Source: Lytechinus pictus
Lineage: Eukaryota
Assembly (NCBI RefSeq): GCF_037042905.1
Contig: NC_087246.1
Location: forward strand, 10,046,001-10,110,000
Direction: 5' to 3'
DNA length: 64,000 nucleotides
Each line of letters begins with the position of its first letter. The stretch's first letter is position 1. The notes below the pieces were generated by a model. The model was not told the origin of the DNA. It saw only the letters and a program-made list of their open reading frames with translations, and searched no databases. Position numbers and translations under genes: made by a program. Of this stretch, positions 37,792 through 50,932 are shown in pieces.

Positions 37792-38332
37792 TAAAATAAT
37801 TATTTCTTTGAAAAAGAATCTATAAATAGGTTTGGTTTCACTCGGCCCAAGATCATTCCACTTTACATTCTAGAGAATAATCAGCCCTACTCCAGAAAAA
37901 AATAAGTTTTAGCTAGTTTTGATCGGGTCAGTTTCCCTGGGTTTGAATTATCTTCTTTTTTTAAATTCAGTCTGCTTTCATCAACGGCCCATCAAAGCAG
38001 ATACAAATCAGATCAAAAACTTTACACACAGAGACCTAGATCTGACTGATGCTTCGATCCAAATACTGCTTTAGATCTGTCTCATCATTTATTTACCTTG
38101 TGTTTTTTTCATTTTGACACTTCAAAAATTACCGTTATGTACTGTAACATTTGATTATAATCACAAAAATCTATGTGTACAATCAGTCAACAGAGAAAAT
38201 TAAATTACAGAAGTTTGTTGATGGATGGATGGTAAGTGAACTTTAGAAGAGGGTTCACATAGATCCAGGTTGAACTATTCTTGCTTTGAACTTCTATAAC
38301 AGTTTTTTCCTTCCCCTTCATAAGGACTCTAA

Positions 38333-39428
38333 TATGCTTTTCACACTGCACTTTTTTCCCTTAACCCCAGGAAATTGGTAGGGCTAAGGGGGGGGTCTTA
38401 GCCCCATCAATTTCTTGGGGTTTAGCTTAGCCCACTTCATTTCACACTAGGTAAAGCAAAGTTAGCTAGCACAGTAAATAGTACGGTACTATCTGGCCCT
38501 GCAAAAAAGCAGGGTTAGCCGGTTTATTGTGGTGCTAGCACCACACTTGCGGTGCTAAGACATGCAGTGTGAAACAAAACTGGGCTAAGGAAAAGTGGGG
38601 CTGAGCATTATAGCTAATCACAGAAGTCGAAATTGCATGTTAAAGGTCAAGTCCACGCCAGCAAAATGTTAATTTGAATAAATAAAGAAAAATCAAACTA
38701 ACATAACACTGAAAATTTCATCAAAATCGGATGTAAAATAAGAAAGTTATGGCATTTTAAAGTTTCGCATATTTTTCACAAAACAGTGATATGCACAACT
38801 CAGTGACATGCGAATGAGTCAGTCGATGATGTCCATCACTCACTATTTCTTTTGTTTTTTATTGTTTGAATTATACAATATTTCATTTTTTACAGATTTG
38901 ACCATAGGGACCGACCTGACTGAATAATATAATATCAAACAATGCTAATTCCACATGTTCATCGAGGAATTAATCATTGTTTCACTGGATAATGAGGAGA
39001 AAATTAGAATATTCCATATATCATATAATAAAATACAAAAGAAATAGTGAGTGGATGACGTCATCAGTCTCCTCATTTGCATACCAAACAGGATGTGCAT
39101 ATAACTATTTTGTGAAATTAAGTGAAACTTTAAAATGTCATAACTTTCTTATTTTAAATCCAATTTTGATAAAATTTTCAGTGTTTTGCTTGTTTGATTT
39201 TTCTCTTTTTATTCAAATAAATTGTTGTTGGGGTGGACTTGTCCTTTAATTGTGCTCTGTATGGTAAAATCATTAATATTCATGAGCTGTGTGATAGTCC
39301 AGGGTTAAGGCGTTAACCCCAGCTAAGCAAATAGTATGGGGTTAAAAAAGACAGAGTGAATCCAAAAAAGATAGTATGGGGTTAAGGATAGTACTATGGG
39401 GTTCAGGAAATGCAGTGTGAGAAGCATA
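38333..39428. mobile_element. PIF/Harbinger-like MITE (TAA TSD) hosting a family A insertion
   Basis: TAA at 38330-38332 and 39429-39431. TIRs tatgcttttcacactgca / tgcagtgtgagaagcata. Confidence 0.8.
38644..39245. mobile_element. MITE family A (Kolobok-like), copy 3, nested
   Basis: TTAA at 38640-38643 and 39246-39249. Same termini and body as copies 1 and 2. Confidence 0.9.
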
Positions 39429-39490
39429 TAAGGTGTTATCATCATGATTATCATTCTCTCATTCAAGTTATTACTGCAGGGAAATGCTAA

Positions 39491-39946
39491 CAGGGAAGGT
39501 CACCCTGAAGAAAAGTTTGTTGTAAAAATAGCAGAATAAATAACATAAAATATTGGTGAAGCTATGGGGAATGTCCATCAAAGATTAAGAAAGTTATTAG
39601 AATTTTGATTTGTGATGTCATAAACGAGTAGCTGCCCCATATTTTGTGTAATACAAACTGCATGAATTTCTTTTTTTTAAATAGATGACTTTTTTTTTAG
39701 GAATGGGTGTGAAATTATTTATCTATTGATACAAAAATATTTTCAACATTCTGAGAAAATGACATTTCACTGATTTTTTACCATACGATATGTAGGAAAG
39801 TTGCTCGCATATGAAATCACAAATCAAATGATTAAAATTCTAATGAATTTTTTATTCTTGGATGGATTTTACTCAAATCTTTGGCAGTATTTTTAATTTT
39901 TCTGCAATTTTTTCAATAAACTGTTTTCTCATGGTGAACTTCCCCT
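39491..39946. mobile_element. MITE family C (Kolobok-like), copy 1
   Basis: agggaaggtcaccctga...ggtgaacttcccct followed by TTAA. Homologous to 42129-42619. Confidence 0.75.
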
Positions 39947-41205
39947 TTAATAGTACGCACCGAGGTGCATTGTGTAACTTACAAATTTAGAATATGGACA
40001 ACTATTCAATGACTATTGTGATAAAATGATCATTAAAAAATTTCATATTTCCCCTCTGGCATACACAAAATGTTCCATGACAAAAATGTATAAAGAAGAG
40101 AAAAAATAAAAAGGAAATGACAGTAAAATAGCCTAATATCAAAATAGTGTATCAATATTAGGTTAAAATATCTCATAAAATAAGATTGAAATTATTCATA
40201 ATTTTTTTGTTCAATTGTTCTATTATCATTTTGAAAATTTACCCCATATACTGTTTTCTTCCCGCCCCCTTCATTTCTTTTTTAACTCATTAAGCCGTTG
40301 TAGCTCTACATTACATGTAGATTATTCCCCTTTTTATTTATTACTTATTGTCATCTCCCTTTCTTTCATACAAAACCATTACAGAAATCTTTGTTTTCTA
40401 TTTTTTAAGAATACAGAGTTATTGTTTTCAATCCAATGGTAGAGCATAAGGAAAGATTACCTTAATTTTAATTCAATACATTATTTATTTTCTTTTTTGT
40501 TGCCTTCTCAATAACGTACCTACATGTACAATATGTATAATGACAATTTATTACACAGGAAGAGCCAAGCATTATCTTCTTGTCCTTGATGGTTAGCTAA
40601 GATAGCTTTTTAATCTGGTGGTGGTTCATGCACAAACCCAGGAAATACTAAACTATACATTATGTAATCCCTAGGATGATCCTCTTAAATAAGTGGTATC
40701 TCATAAAAATTATGCAAAAACTCAGTCAATTTGGAAAAAAAAAACCAGGAAATTAGCATGTAATAGCGATAAGGGTTTGCAATCTATGATTTGAAGTGAG
40801 AAAAGTCCAAAGGAAAAATTGGAAGTTGAAAAGTCCCAATGGAAACACTAAGATGAGATGCAAAGAAATTAACCACTGTATAAACATGTACAGAGCAGAC
40901 TCTCAACCATATTTTTTGAGACACCTTAACATGACCCTGAACAAATACCTGGGAATCTCATAATTGCTGGAAAGTCTTATTATCCTAGAAAAGGAAATCA
41001 ACAACAACTTTAAGCTTAAAAAATACCCCATCAAATTCAATTTGATGTTCAAGTTCAACTGTACAGAACTTGGCACTGCTATGTACATTGTATTCGAGTG
41101 GAACATGGTCGTAATCAAGAAGAAGTCGTTATAAAAAAAGGTTGCAAGAAAGATTGTCTACTCTCTTATCAAGAATTCCTGATCTAAAGTGACATTAACA
41201 ACCAG

Positions 41206-41331
41206 GGGAGTGTTTCACAAGACATCTTGTCAGAGATTTTTCACTGACAAATTTGCTCTCAGCCAATCAAATGCAATGATTTCAGTAGCTTATAACAGTT
41301 GTCAGTGGAAACTGCTTTGTGAAATGCTCCC
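41206..41331. mobile_element. Small MITE with CAG TSD (PIF/Harbinger-like)
   Basis: CAG at 41203-41205 and 41332-41334. TIRs gggagtgtttcacaa / ttgtgaaatgctccc. Confidence 0.75.
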
Positions 41332-42128
41332 CAGATGATTGGAAAGAGACATCCTGACAGGCAGGGGGATCTGAAAACTTTTTGATTGAACACACCGTGT
41401 CAGCAACCGCAATAAGGTGAAAATAAAAAGATAGCAGACAGAGTTACAGTGATCCTATCTCACCATCTTTGAATGTTGGTGGAATACTTGTCTGAAGGAA
41501 AGTTTGACTCATCTCAGGACGATAAAGAAATCTGTAAACTGTGTTGCTCCTCCATGCTTACCCACCCAAGAAGCAGGACTGTATTTGCTGTGGTGTAATT
41601 TCATAAAATGAACTCTTACCAGTAATCAACTATAGTGACAACAGCTCTGCAATTTTGGAGAACTTAAATCACAGAGGACTATATAATAAGAAATTAATTA
41701 CAGCTAAACTAAAGATCTAGCTGAAGAGGATTGCTACGGTTGCTACTTAAAGCAGGGATACAAGCCTAGGTAAAGCAAAACTTTGCAAGACACTTAGCAG
41801 CATATTCTTGGTAAGTTACAATTAAGTAGTGTCGGCAAGTTGCAATAGTATTGAAAATGAAATTATAATGTGTTGTCCGTGTTATCTTAATAGGCGATTG
41901 CCTGACTCATCACTAGATTAAGTAAATCATTATTTTCAAAAAAACCTTTCACTTTCCTGTTTTAAAAAACACTCCATTAAGTTCATGGCTCATGATTAAT
42001 ACTGACGTAACATATATTGCAGTCTAGCACCATCTTAATGACAATAATGGGGGGGGGGTATAATTCTAGCTCTTCATTCATATCATTCTAAAACTTTACC
42101 ACAAGCAGGATCTGAATTTCCAATTTAA

Positions 42129-42619
42129 AGGTGGAGTTCATCCTGAAGAAAAACTTTGTTGTAAAAATAGCATAACAAATTATTTGAAATATTGGTGAAG
42201 GTTTGAGGAAAATCCAGTAAAGATTAAATTTTTTAAATTTTAAGTTTTTGACTTGTGACGTCATAAACGAGCAGCTGCCTCATATATAATGTAATATACA
42301 ATGAATAAATTTCAATTTTTAATGGTTTGTGATGACAATCTTTGTTTTCTTTTTAGGAACGGGTGTGAAATTATTTGTCTATTGATATACTGAAGGTAAA
42401 GTAAAAACCATGTTCAATTTTCTGACAAAATGACATTTCATCAATATTTTTACCATACAATATGTAGGAAAGCTGCTCACATATGCCATCACAAATCAAA
42501 TAATTAAAATCCCAATAACTTTTTTATTCTTTGATGGATTTTCTCAAACCTTCAGCAATATGTTTAATATTTTGTCTACTATTTTTACAATAAACTTTTG
42601 GTCAGGGTGAACTTCCCCT
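42129..42619. mobile_element. MITE family C (Kolobok-like), copy 2
   Basis: TTAA at 42125-42128 and 42620-42623. TIRs aggtggagttcatcctga / tcagggtgaacttcccct. Confidence 0.85.
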
Positions 42620-43427
42620 TTAATTACTGTTACTATTATTCAGCACTGATCATCATTCACAAAATGAATCACTGTTTATATTCTTTATCAAATTTTAAAT
42701 AGGTCTCCTTGGATATATCTGAAATGAAATTTGCTTTATATTTATACCGGCCTACGCTCTAACATTAGACAGATTAATTTGTAAATACAAACTCTATTTC
42801 AGTGGTGTATTGTTAGGCAAAGAGTGATATCTTAATCACCTGAAGTGAGAAGAATACACTATCAAACTGTACCCATATGCAAAATTGATGAAATTTCATG
42901 AATTTGCGAATCATGAAGTGAATGCATGCAGTTTCAGACAGATCATCTCTCCTTGATTCAAAATCTAAATAACCTAGGACAAACTTTCCCTCAGAATTCA
43001 ATTAAATCTACCAGCATCATAATGACATCAACTATAAAACATTGGTGGATATCAAGCCAACAGCCCCTTGTTACAAATTTTGAATAAAATCATAAATTTC
43101 ATGAGTCCATGAGTATTGATCAAGTTGCATGTAATGAAACCTAGTGGTTTGAAACCACAATGGGCATTAACCTCTCCTCTCATAATTCATAGAGATGCTA
43201 CTATTGCGACTTTAATGGCCTATCCTGAAATTGAGTTGTAACCTTTGACTAAACTGACTTTTCTCAGTTGTTTTCAACAGTTGTTATTTATTCCTTGTAA
43301 TGTATCTCAACATGAAATGACAATATTTTTTGTCTCTGGTCCAAGAAAAAAGTGTGCCGGGCAAAAATCAAAAACGGCTGCCAAAACCCCCCAATATCGC
43401 AGTTTTGGCCACAACTTCTTTATTAGG

Positions 43428-43619
43428 TGGTCATTTTCTCTGGTTTTGGTGTCTATTCATATGTTTTTTGGGGCAGTCAATATGTTTTTCCTAATATAAT
43501 ATTAGTACTTTTATACCATTATTCGTAGAGTACTTACTAAAGGTACTAACTTTAGGAAAAACAAATTGCCTGTCCCTCAAAACATATGAATAGACACCAA
43601 AACCAGAGAAAGAGACCAC
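43428..43619. repeat. ~50-bp inverted repeat pair (foldback fragment)
   Basis: gtggtcattttctctggttttggtgtctattcatatgtttt vs aaaacatatgaatagacaccaaaaccagagaaagagaccac. Confidence 0.75.
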
Positions 43620-43988
43620 GCAATCGTGATTTGAATCATGATTCTATAACGTCACTGTGTCAGGCTACTTACGGTTTGACTCTTTCCAAGCTCAAGGCGC
43701 TCAATATGCTCAGTGTATATGTACATAATTATGTGCTATACATGCATTTCTTGTAATGTTCAAGTTCTGTGTTGGTTATCACATCGTCCACTACTTTTCA
43801 CGATCACGAACGACCTTGTTCGTTCGTGATTCTACAGAAACGTCTTTCCAAACGCCCCTTTTTCCGTTTTTCATGTTTGTGATTTGAAAGACGTTTATTT
43901 TCACTTTTGACTAAACGCAATTGTGATTCTGCAGAATCATGATTTGAATCATAATTCAAGGGTAAAAAAGTGGGGCATAAACGCACCC

Positions 43989-46900
43989 TAAGTCACATTG
44001 CAAAGGGGCTATTGCTGACTTTAAAGTCAGTCTTTTACCTCAATAATAATGATAATTAAAGATTTGTATAGCGCACATATCTGTCGATGATACTCAAGGC
44101 GCACAATTAACTACTTATATAATACAGAAAATTACATTAATAAATTGAACAAATTGACAAGAAAAGTTAATAATACTTCATAAATATGAAGTAGATAATT
44201 TTATGAATTGATATCCACTTCACTCTCACACTAAAAATATATGCTCGTAATTTACACACAAAAAAACATTTCCATGTACTTATTTCATTCCTGAACCTTC
44301 TCAGTATCTGTAACTGATTGAGGTAATAAAGAGAGAGAAAAAGAGAGAGAAAGAGAGAGAGAAAGAGAGAAAGCATGGAAGAGACTGGCTACTCCAATAA
44401 GTCACATTACATAGGAGCTATTGCTGACTTTAAAGTCAGTCTTTTACCTCAGTTAAAGAAATATGTAATAAATACATAATTTTATGAGTTCAAACCCACT
44501 TCACTCTTAGAATAAAAATATACATAATTTGCAATTCAAAAAACAACATTCCGTTTCCACATACTTATTTCTTTCTTGAACCTTCTCATTATCTGTAACT
44601 GATCGAGGTAATAAAGAGAGAGAAAGAAAGAAAGAATGGAAGAGACTGGCTACTCCAATAAGTCACATTGCATAGGAGCTATTGCTGACTTTAAAGTCAG
44701 TCTTTTACCTCAGTTAAAGATACTTCACAAAATCCACTTCACTTGCAGACTAAAATACATTTATATGTTTGAAATTCAGGAAACAATCCACTTCCATGCA
44801 ATTGTTTCTTTTCTGAGCCTTGAAGTTAGCAAAGCAAACTTGAGAATCTGTAACCGTTTAAGGTAATAAAGAGAGAGAAATAGTGAAGAAATAGAAAGAG
44901 AGAAAAGAAGAGACTGGCTACTCCCATAAAGTCATGTTGCAAAGGAGCTAAATGCTGACATCAAAGTCAGACTTTTACCACGGTTAAAGAAACTTCACAT
45001 AAAAACATGATTTAATGAGTTAAAATCCACTTCAATCTCAGACTAAAAATTTATGTTCGTAATCACCATACTAAGTTCCGATTCCATCTACTTCACTCTC
45101 AGAAGTAAACTTTCCTAAACCTTTATGTTATCTATAGCAAAGCTATTCTCAGTATCTGTAACCGATGGAGGTAGTAAAGAGAGAGAAATAGAAGTAAAAG
45201 AAAGAGAAAAAAGGGAAGAGACTGGCTACTCCAGTAAGTCACATCGCATCTATAGGAGTTATTGCTGACTTCAAAGTCAGTCTTTTACCTCAGTTAAAAA
45301 TACTTCACAAATATAATATGCATAATCTTATGAGTTCAAATCCACTTCACTCTTAGAATGAAAATATACATAATTTGCAATTCAAAAAACAACATTCCGT
45401 TTCCACATACATATTTCTTTCCTGAACCTTCTCATGCAGTATCCGTAACTGATCGAGGTAATAAAGAGAGAGAAATAGAGAGAGAGAAAGAGAGAAAACA
45501 ATGGAAAAGACTGGTTACTCCAGTAAGTCATATTGCATAGGAGCTATTGCTGACTTCAAAGTCAGTCTTTTACCTGAGTTAAAGATACTTCACAAATATG
45601 AAATACATAATTTTATGAGTTAAAACCCACTTCACTCTCAGACCAAAAATATATTTTCAGCATTCACAAAACAAAATCATTTCCATGTACTTATTTCTTT
45701 CCTGAACCTATGAGTTAGCAAAGGTTTTCTCAGTATCTGTAACTGAACGAGGTAATAAAGAGAGAGAAAAAGAGAGGGAAGGAGAAAGAAAGGAAGAGAC
45801 TGGCCACTCCAATATTAAAGTCACATTGCAAAGGAGCTAAATGCTGACTTCAAAGTCAGTCTTTTACCTCAGTTAAAGACACTTCACATAAATACATAAT
45901 TAATGAGTTAAATAAAATTCACTCTCAGACTAAAAATATGCTTTCAGAATTCACAAAACAATATTCTGTTTCCATGTACTTCTTTCCTCAACCTTTAGGT
46001 TAGCAAAGCTATTCTCAGCATTTGTAACTGATAAAGGCAATAAAGATATATAGAGAGAAAAAGACAGGGAAGGGGAAAGAAAGTTAAAGAGACTGTACTC
46101 CAATAAGTCACGTTGCATAGGAGCTATTGCTGACTTCAAAGTCAGTCTTTTACCTCAGTTAAAGATACTTCACAAAATCCACTTCACTTGCAGACTAAAA
46201 TACATTTATATGTTTGGAATTCAGATAACAATCCACTTCCATTCAATCGTTTCTTTTCTGAGCCTTGAAGTTAGCAAAGCAAACTTGAGAATCTGTAACC
46301 GATTAAGGTAATAAAGAGAGAGAAATAGAGAAGAAATAGAAAGAGAAAAAAGGGAAGAGACTGGCTACTCCAGTAAGTCACATCGCATCTATAGGAGTTA
46401 TTGCTGACTTCAAAGTCAGTCTTTTACCTCAGTTAAAAATACTTCACTTTTTATATAAAATACATAATTGTGGAGCGTTGTGGCCCAGTGGATTAGTCTC
46501 CGGACTCTGAAACAGAGGGTCGTGGGTTCGAATCCCAGCCATGGCGTAATTTCCTTCAGCAAGAAACTGATCCACAATGTGCTGCACTCAACCCAGGTGA
46601 GGTAAATGGGTACCGGTAGGAAGTAATTCCTTTAAAAGCTGTGTGCGCTATGAACGCCTAGCTTAGCCGGGTAATATAGGAGCGCCTTGAGCACCTAACA
46701 AGGTGGATATGTGCGCAATATAAATATACCCTATATTATAATTTTATCAGTCCAAATCCACTTTACTCTAAGAATGAAAATATACATAATTTGCAATTAA
46801 AAAAACAACATTCCGTTTCCACATACTTATTTCTTTCCTGAACCTTCTCATGCAGTATCCGTGACTGATCGAGGTAATAAAGAGAGAGAAAGAGAGAAAA

Positions 46901-49900
46901 CAATGGAAGAGACTGGTTACTCCAATAAGTCATATTGCATAGGAGCTATTGCTGACTTCAAAGTCAGTCTTTTACCTCAGTTAAAGATACTTCACAAATA
47001 TGAAATACATAATTTTATGAGTTAAAACCCACCTCACTCTCAGACCAAAAATATATGTTCGGAATTCACAAAACAAAATCATTTCCATGTACTTATTTCT
47101 TTCCTGAACCTTCTCAGTATCTGTAACTGATCGAGGTAATAAAGAGAGAGAAAACGATGGAAGAGACTGGCTACTCCAATAAGTCATATTGCATAGGAGC
47201 TATTGCTGACTTCAAAGTCAGTCTTTTACCTCAGTTAAAGATACTTCACAAATATGAAATACATAATTTTATGAGTTAAAACCCACCTCACTCTCAGACC
47301 AAAAATATATGTTCGGAATTCACAAAACAAAATCATTTCCATGTACTTATTTCTTTCCTGAACCTTCTCAGTATCTGTAACTGATCGAGGTAATAAAGAG
47401 AGAGAAAACGATGGAAGAGACTGGCTACTCCAATAAGTCATATTGCATAGGAGCTATTGCTGACTTCAAAGTCAGTCTTTTACCTCAGTTAAAGATACTT
47501 CACAAATATGAAATACATAATTTTATGAGTTAAAACCCACCTCACTCTCAGACCAAAAATATATGTTCGGAATTCACAAAACAAAATCATTTCCATGTAC
47601 TTATTTCTTTCCTGAACCTTCTCAGTATCTGTAACTGATCGAGGTAATAAAGAGAGAGAAAACAATGGAAGAGACTGGCTACTCCAATAAGTCATATTGC
47701 ATAGGAGCTATTGCTGACTTTAAAGTCAGTCTTTTACCTCAGTTAAAGATACTTCACAAATATGAAATACATAATTTTATTAGTTAAAACCCACCTCACT
47801 CTCAGACCAAAAATATATGTTCGGAATTCACAAAACAAAATCATTTCCATGTACTTATTTCTTTCCTGAACCTTCTCAGTATCTGTAACTGATCGAGGTA
47901 ATAAAGAGAGAGAAAACAATGGAAGAGACTGGCTACTCCAATAAGTCATATTGCATAGGAGCTATTGCTGACTTCAAAGTCAGTCTTTTACCTCAGTTAA
48001 AGACACTTCACATAAACACATAATTTAATGAGTTAAATAAAATTCACTCTCAGACTAAAAATATGCTTTCAAAATTCACAAAACAATATTCTGTTTCCAT
48101 GTACTTCTTTCCTGAACCATTAGGTTAGCAAAGCTATTCTCAGCATCTGTAACTGATAAAGGCAATAAAGATATATAGAGAGAAAAAGACAGGGAAGGGG
48201 AAAGAAAATTAAAGAGACTGTACTCCAATATATCATGTTGCATAGGAGCTATTGCTGGCAGCTGACTTCAAAGTCAGTCTTTTACCTCAGTTAAAGATAC
48301 TTCACAAAATCCACTTCACTTGCAGACTAAATACATTTATATGTTTGGAATTCAGGAAACAATCCACTTCCAGGCAATTGTTTCTTTTCTAAGCCTTGAA
48401 GTTAGCAAAGCAGACTTGAGAATCTGTAACCGATTAAGGTAATAAAGAGAGAAAAATAGAGAAAAAATAGAAAGAGAGAAAAGAAGAGACTGGCTACTCC
48501 CATAAAGTCATGTTACAAAGGAGCCAAATGCTGACATCAAAGTCAGTCTTTTACCACGGTTAAAGAAACTTCACATAAAAACATATTTTAATGAATTAAA
48601 ATCCACTTCACTCTCAGACTCAAAATATATCTTTGTAATTCACGATACTGAGTTCCGATTCCATCTACTTACAGGTGTATATCTTACCTGAACCTATGCT
48701 ATCTATTCTCAGTATCTGTAACCGATCGAGGTAGTAAAGAGAGAGAAATAGAAGTAAAAGAAAGAGAAAGAAAGGAAGAGATGGCTAATCCAATAAGTCA
48801 CATCGCATAGGAGTTATTGCTGACTTCAAAGTCAGTCTTTTACCTCAGTTAAAGATACTTCATAAATATGAAATACATAACTTTATGAGTTCAAATTCAC
48901 TTCACTCTTAGAATAAAAATATACATAATTTGCAATTAAAAAAACAACATTTTGTTTCCACATACCTATTTCTTTCCTGAACCTTCTCAGTATCCGTAAC
49001 TGATCAAGGTAGTAAAGAGAGAGAAATAGAGAGAGAGAGAGAAAACAATGGAAGAGACTGGCTACACCAATAAGTCACATTGCATAGGAGCTATTGCTGA
49101 CTTTAAAGTCAGTCTTTTACGTCAGTTAAAGATACTTCACAAATATGAAATACATACTTTTGAGTTAAAACCCACTTCACTCTCAGACTAAAAAGATATG
49201 TTCGGAATTCACAAAACAAAATCATTTCCATGTACTTATTTCTTTCCTGAACCTTTGAGTTTATAGCAAAGCTTTTCTCAGTATCTGTAACTGATCGAGG
49301 TAAAAAAGAGAAAGAAATAGAGAGAAAAAGAGAGGGAAGGAGAAAGAAAGGAAGAGACTGGCCACTCCAGTAAGTCACATTGCAAAGGAGCTACTGCTGA
49401 CTTCAAAGTCAGTCTTTTACCTCAGTTAAAGATACTTCACATAAAAACATGTACATAATTTAATGAGTTAAAATAAAATTCACTCTCAGACAAAAAATAT
49501 GCGTTCAGAATTCACAAACAATACTCCGTTTCCATGTACTTCTTTCCTGAACCTTTAGGTTAGCAAAGCTATTCTCAGCATCTGTAACTGATCAAGGCAA
49601 TAAAGATATACAGAGAGAAAAAGACAAGGAAGGGGAAAGAAAGTTAAAGAGACTGTACTCCAATAAGTCACGTTGCATAGGAGCTATTGCTGACTTCAAA
49701 GTTAGTCTTTTACCTCAGTTAAAGATACTTCACAAAATCCACTTCACTTGCAGACTAAAATACATTTATATGTTTGGAATTCAGGAAACAATCCACTTCC
49801 ATGCAATCGTTTCTTTTCTGAGTCTTGAAGTTAGCATAGCAAACTTGAGAATCTGTAACCGATTAAGGTAATAAAGAGAGAGAAATAGATAAGAAATAGA

Positions 49901-50290
49901 AAGAGAGAAAGAAGAGACTGGCTACTCCCATAAAGTCATGTTGCAAAGAAGCTAAATGCTGACATCAAAGTCAGTCTTTTACCACGGTTAAAGAAACTTC
50001 ACATAAAAACACATTTTAATGAATTAAAATCCACTTCACTCTCAGACTCAAAATATACATTCGTAATTCACAATACTACATTCCCATTCCAATTTTTTTC
50101 CTGAATCTTTATGTTAGCAAAGCAAGTCTCAGTATCGGTAACTGATCGAGGTAATAAAGAGAAAGAGAGAAAAAGAGAGGGAGGGAGATAGAAAGGAAGA
50201 GACTGGCTACTCCAATTAAGTCACATTGCATAGGAGCTATTGCTGACTTCAAGTCAGTTTTTTACCTTGAGCAGTTAAAGATACTTCACA
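43989..50290. repeat. Satellite array, ~22 monomers of ~250-300 bp, with a 5-monomer higher-order repeat
   Basis: The anchor aagtca(c/t)...ggagctattgctgactt(c/t)aaagtcagtcttttacc recurs at about 43990, 44399, 44660, 44930, 45236 and so on to 50218. Confidence 0.95.
46470..46737 (+). mobile_element. Full-length tRNA-derived SINE inserted in the satellite
   Basis: Box A tggcccagtgg and box B ggttcgaatcc. ATAATT TSD at 46464-46469 and 46738-46743. Neighbouring monomers show the empty site. Confidence 0.9.
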
Positions 50291-50349
50291 TGAAACAAAG
50301 AATTTAAACCCACATAACTGAAAGAAAAATCAACTTTATTTTATATTCA

Positions 50350-50932
50350 ATTACCCTTATGTCCAAGTTTCATGAACCACATCCATAAACTTTCAAATTT
50401 ATGAAGGCATTTCAACAAATAATCCAATATGCTCAAACTTCCTTGACTATAAAGTGACTATTGACTTTCATCATGTGACATGACGGGTTGAAACTCAGGC
50501 AAGGTGATCAATGATACTTGATTACACTTATGTCTAAGTTTCTGAACTCGATCTATAGACGGGTTGAAACTCAGGCAAGGTGATCAATGATACTTTATTA
50601 TGCTTATGTCCAAGTTTCATAAACTCGATCCATATACTTTCAAAGTTATGATATTTCATTATAAACTTAACTGGTCAAAATTGTGATGTTTATCCCCCAA
50701 ACATGGTCCAAGTTCATTGACCCTGAATGACATTTGACCTTGGAAATGTGAACTGAACAGTGATACTTGGTTACCCTTATGTCAAAGTTTCATGAAATAG
50801 GTCAATATACTTTCTAAGTTATGGTGATATTTAAAAAACTATTAACCTTGGTCAAGATTTCAGTGTTGACGATGCTGCTGCCGCTGTCTGAAAAGCGGCA
50901 CCTATAGTCTCGCTCTGATATGCAGGCGAGAC
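50350..50932 (-). mobile_element. HINE-like element, right part with terminal hairpin/subTIR
   Basis: Diverged ~120-bp units, then tatagtctcgctctgatatgcaggcgagac followed by an A-run. Confidence 0.75.

Noticed and set aside
46470..46545. tRNA gene
   Set aside because: The tRNA-like head continues into a SINE body with a TSD and has several dispersed copies. The same applies to 60680-60747.
46981..47949. Four near-identical 68-aa ORFs at 254-bp spacing
   Set aside because: A by-product of the homogenised satellite monomers. The frame is broken in diverged monomers.
43989..50290. CRISPR-like array (conserved palindromic repeat with variable intervening sequence)
   Set aside because: The intervening sequences are ~220-bp homologs of one another rather than unique spacers. 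There are no cas genes and the context is eukaryotic.
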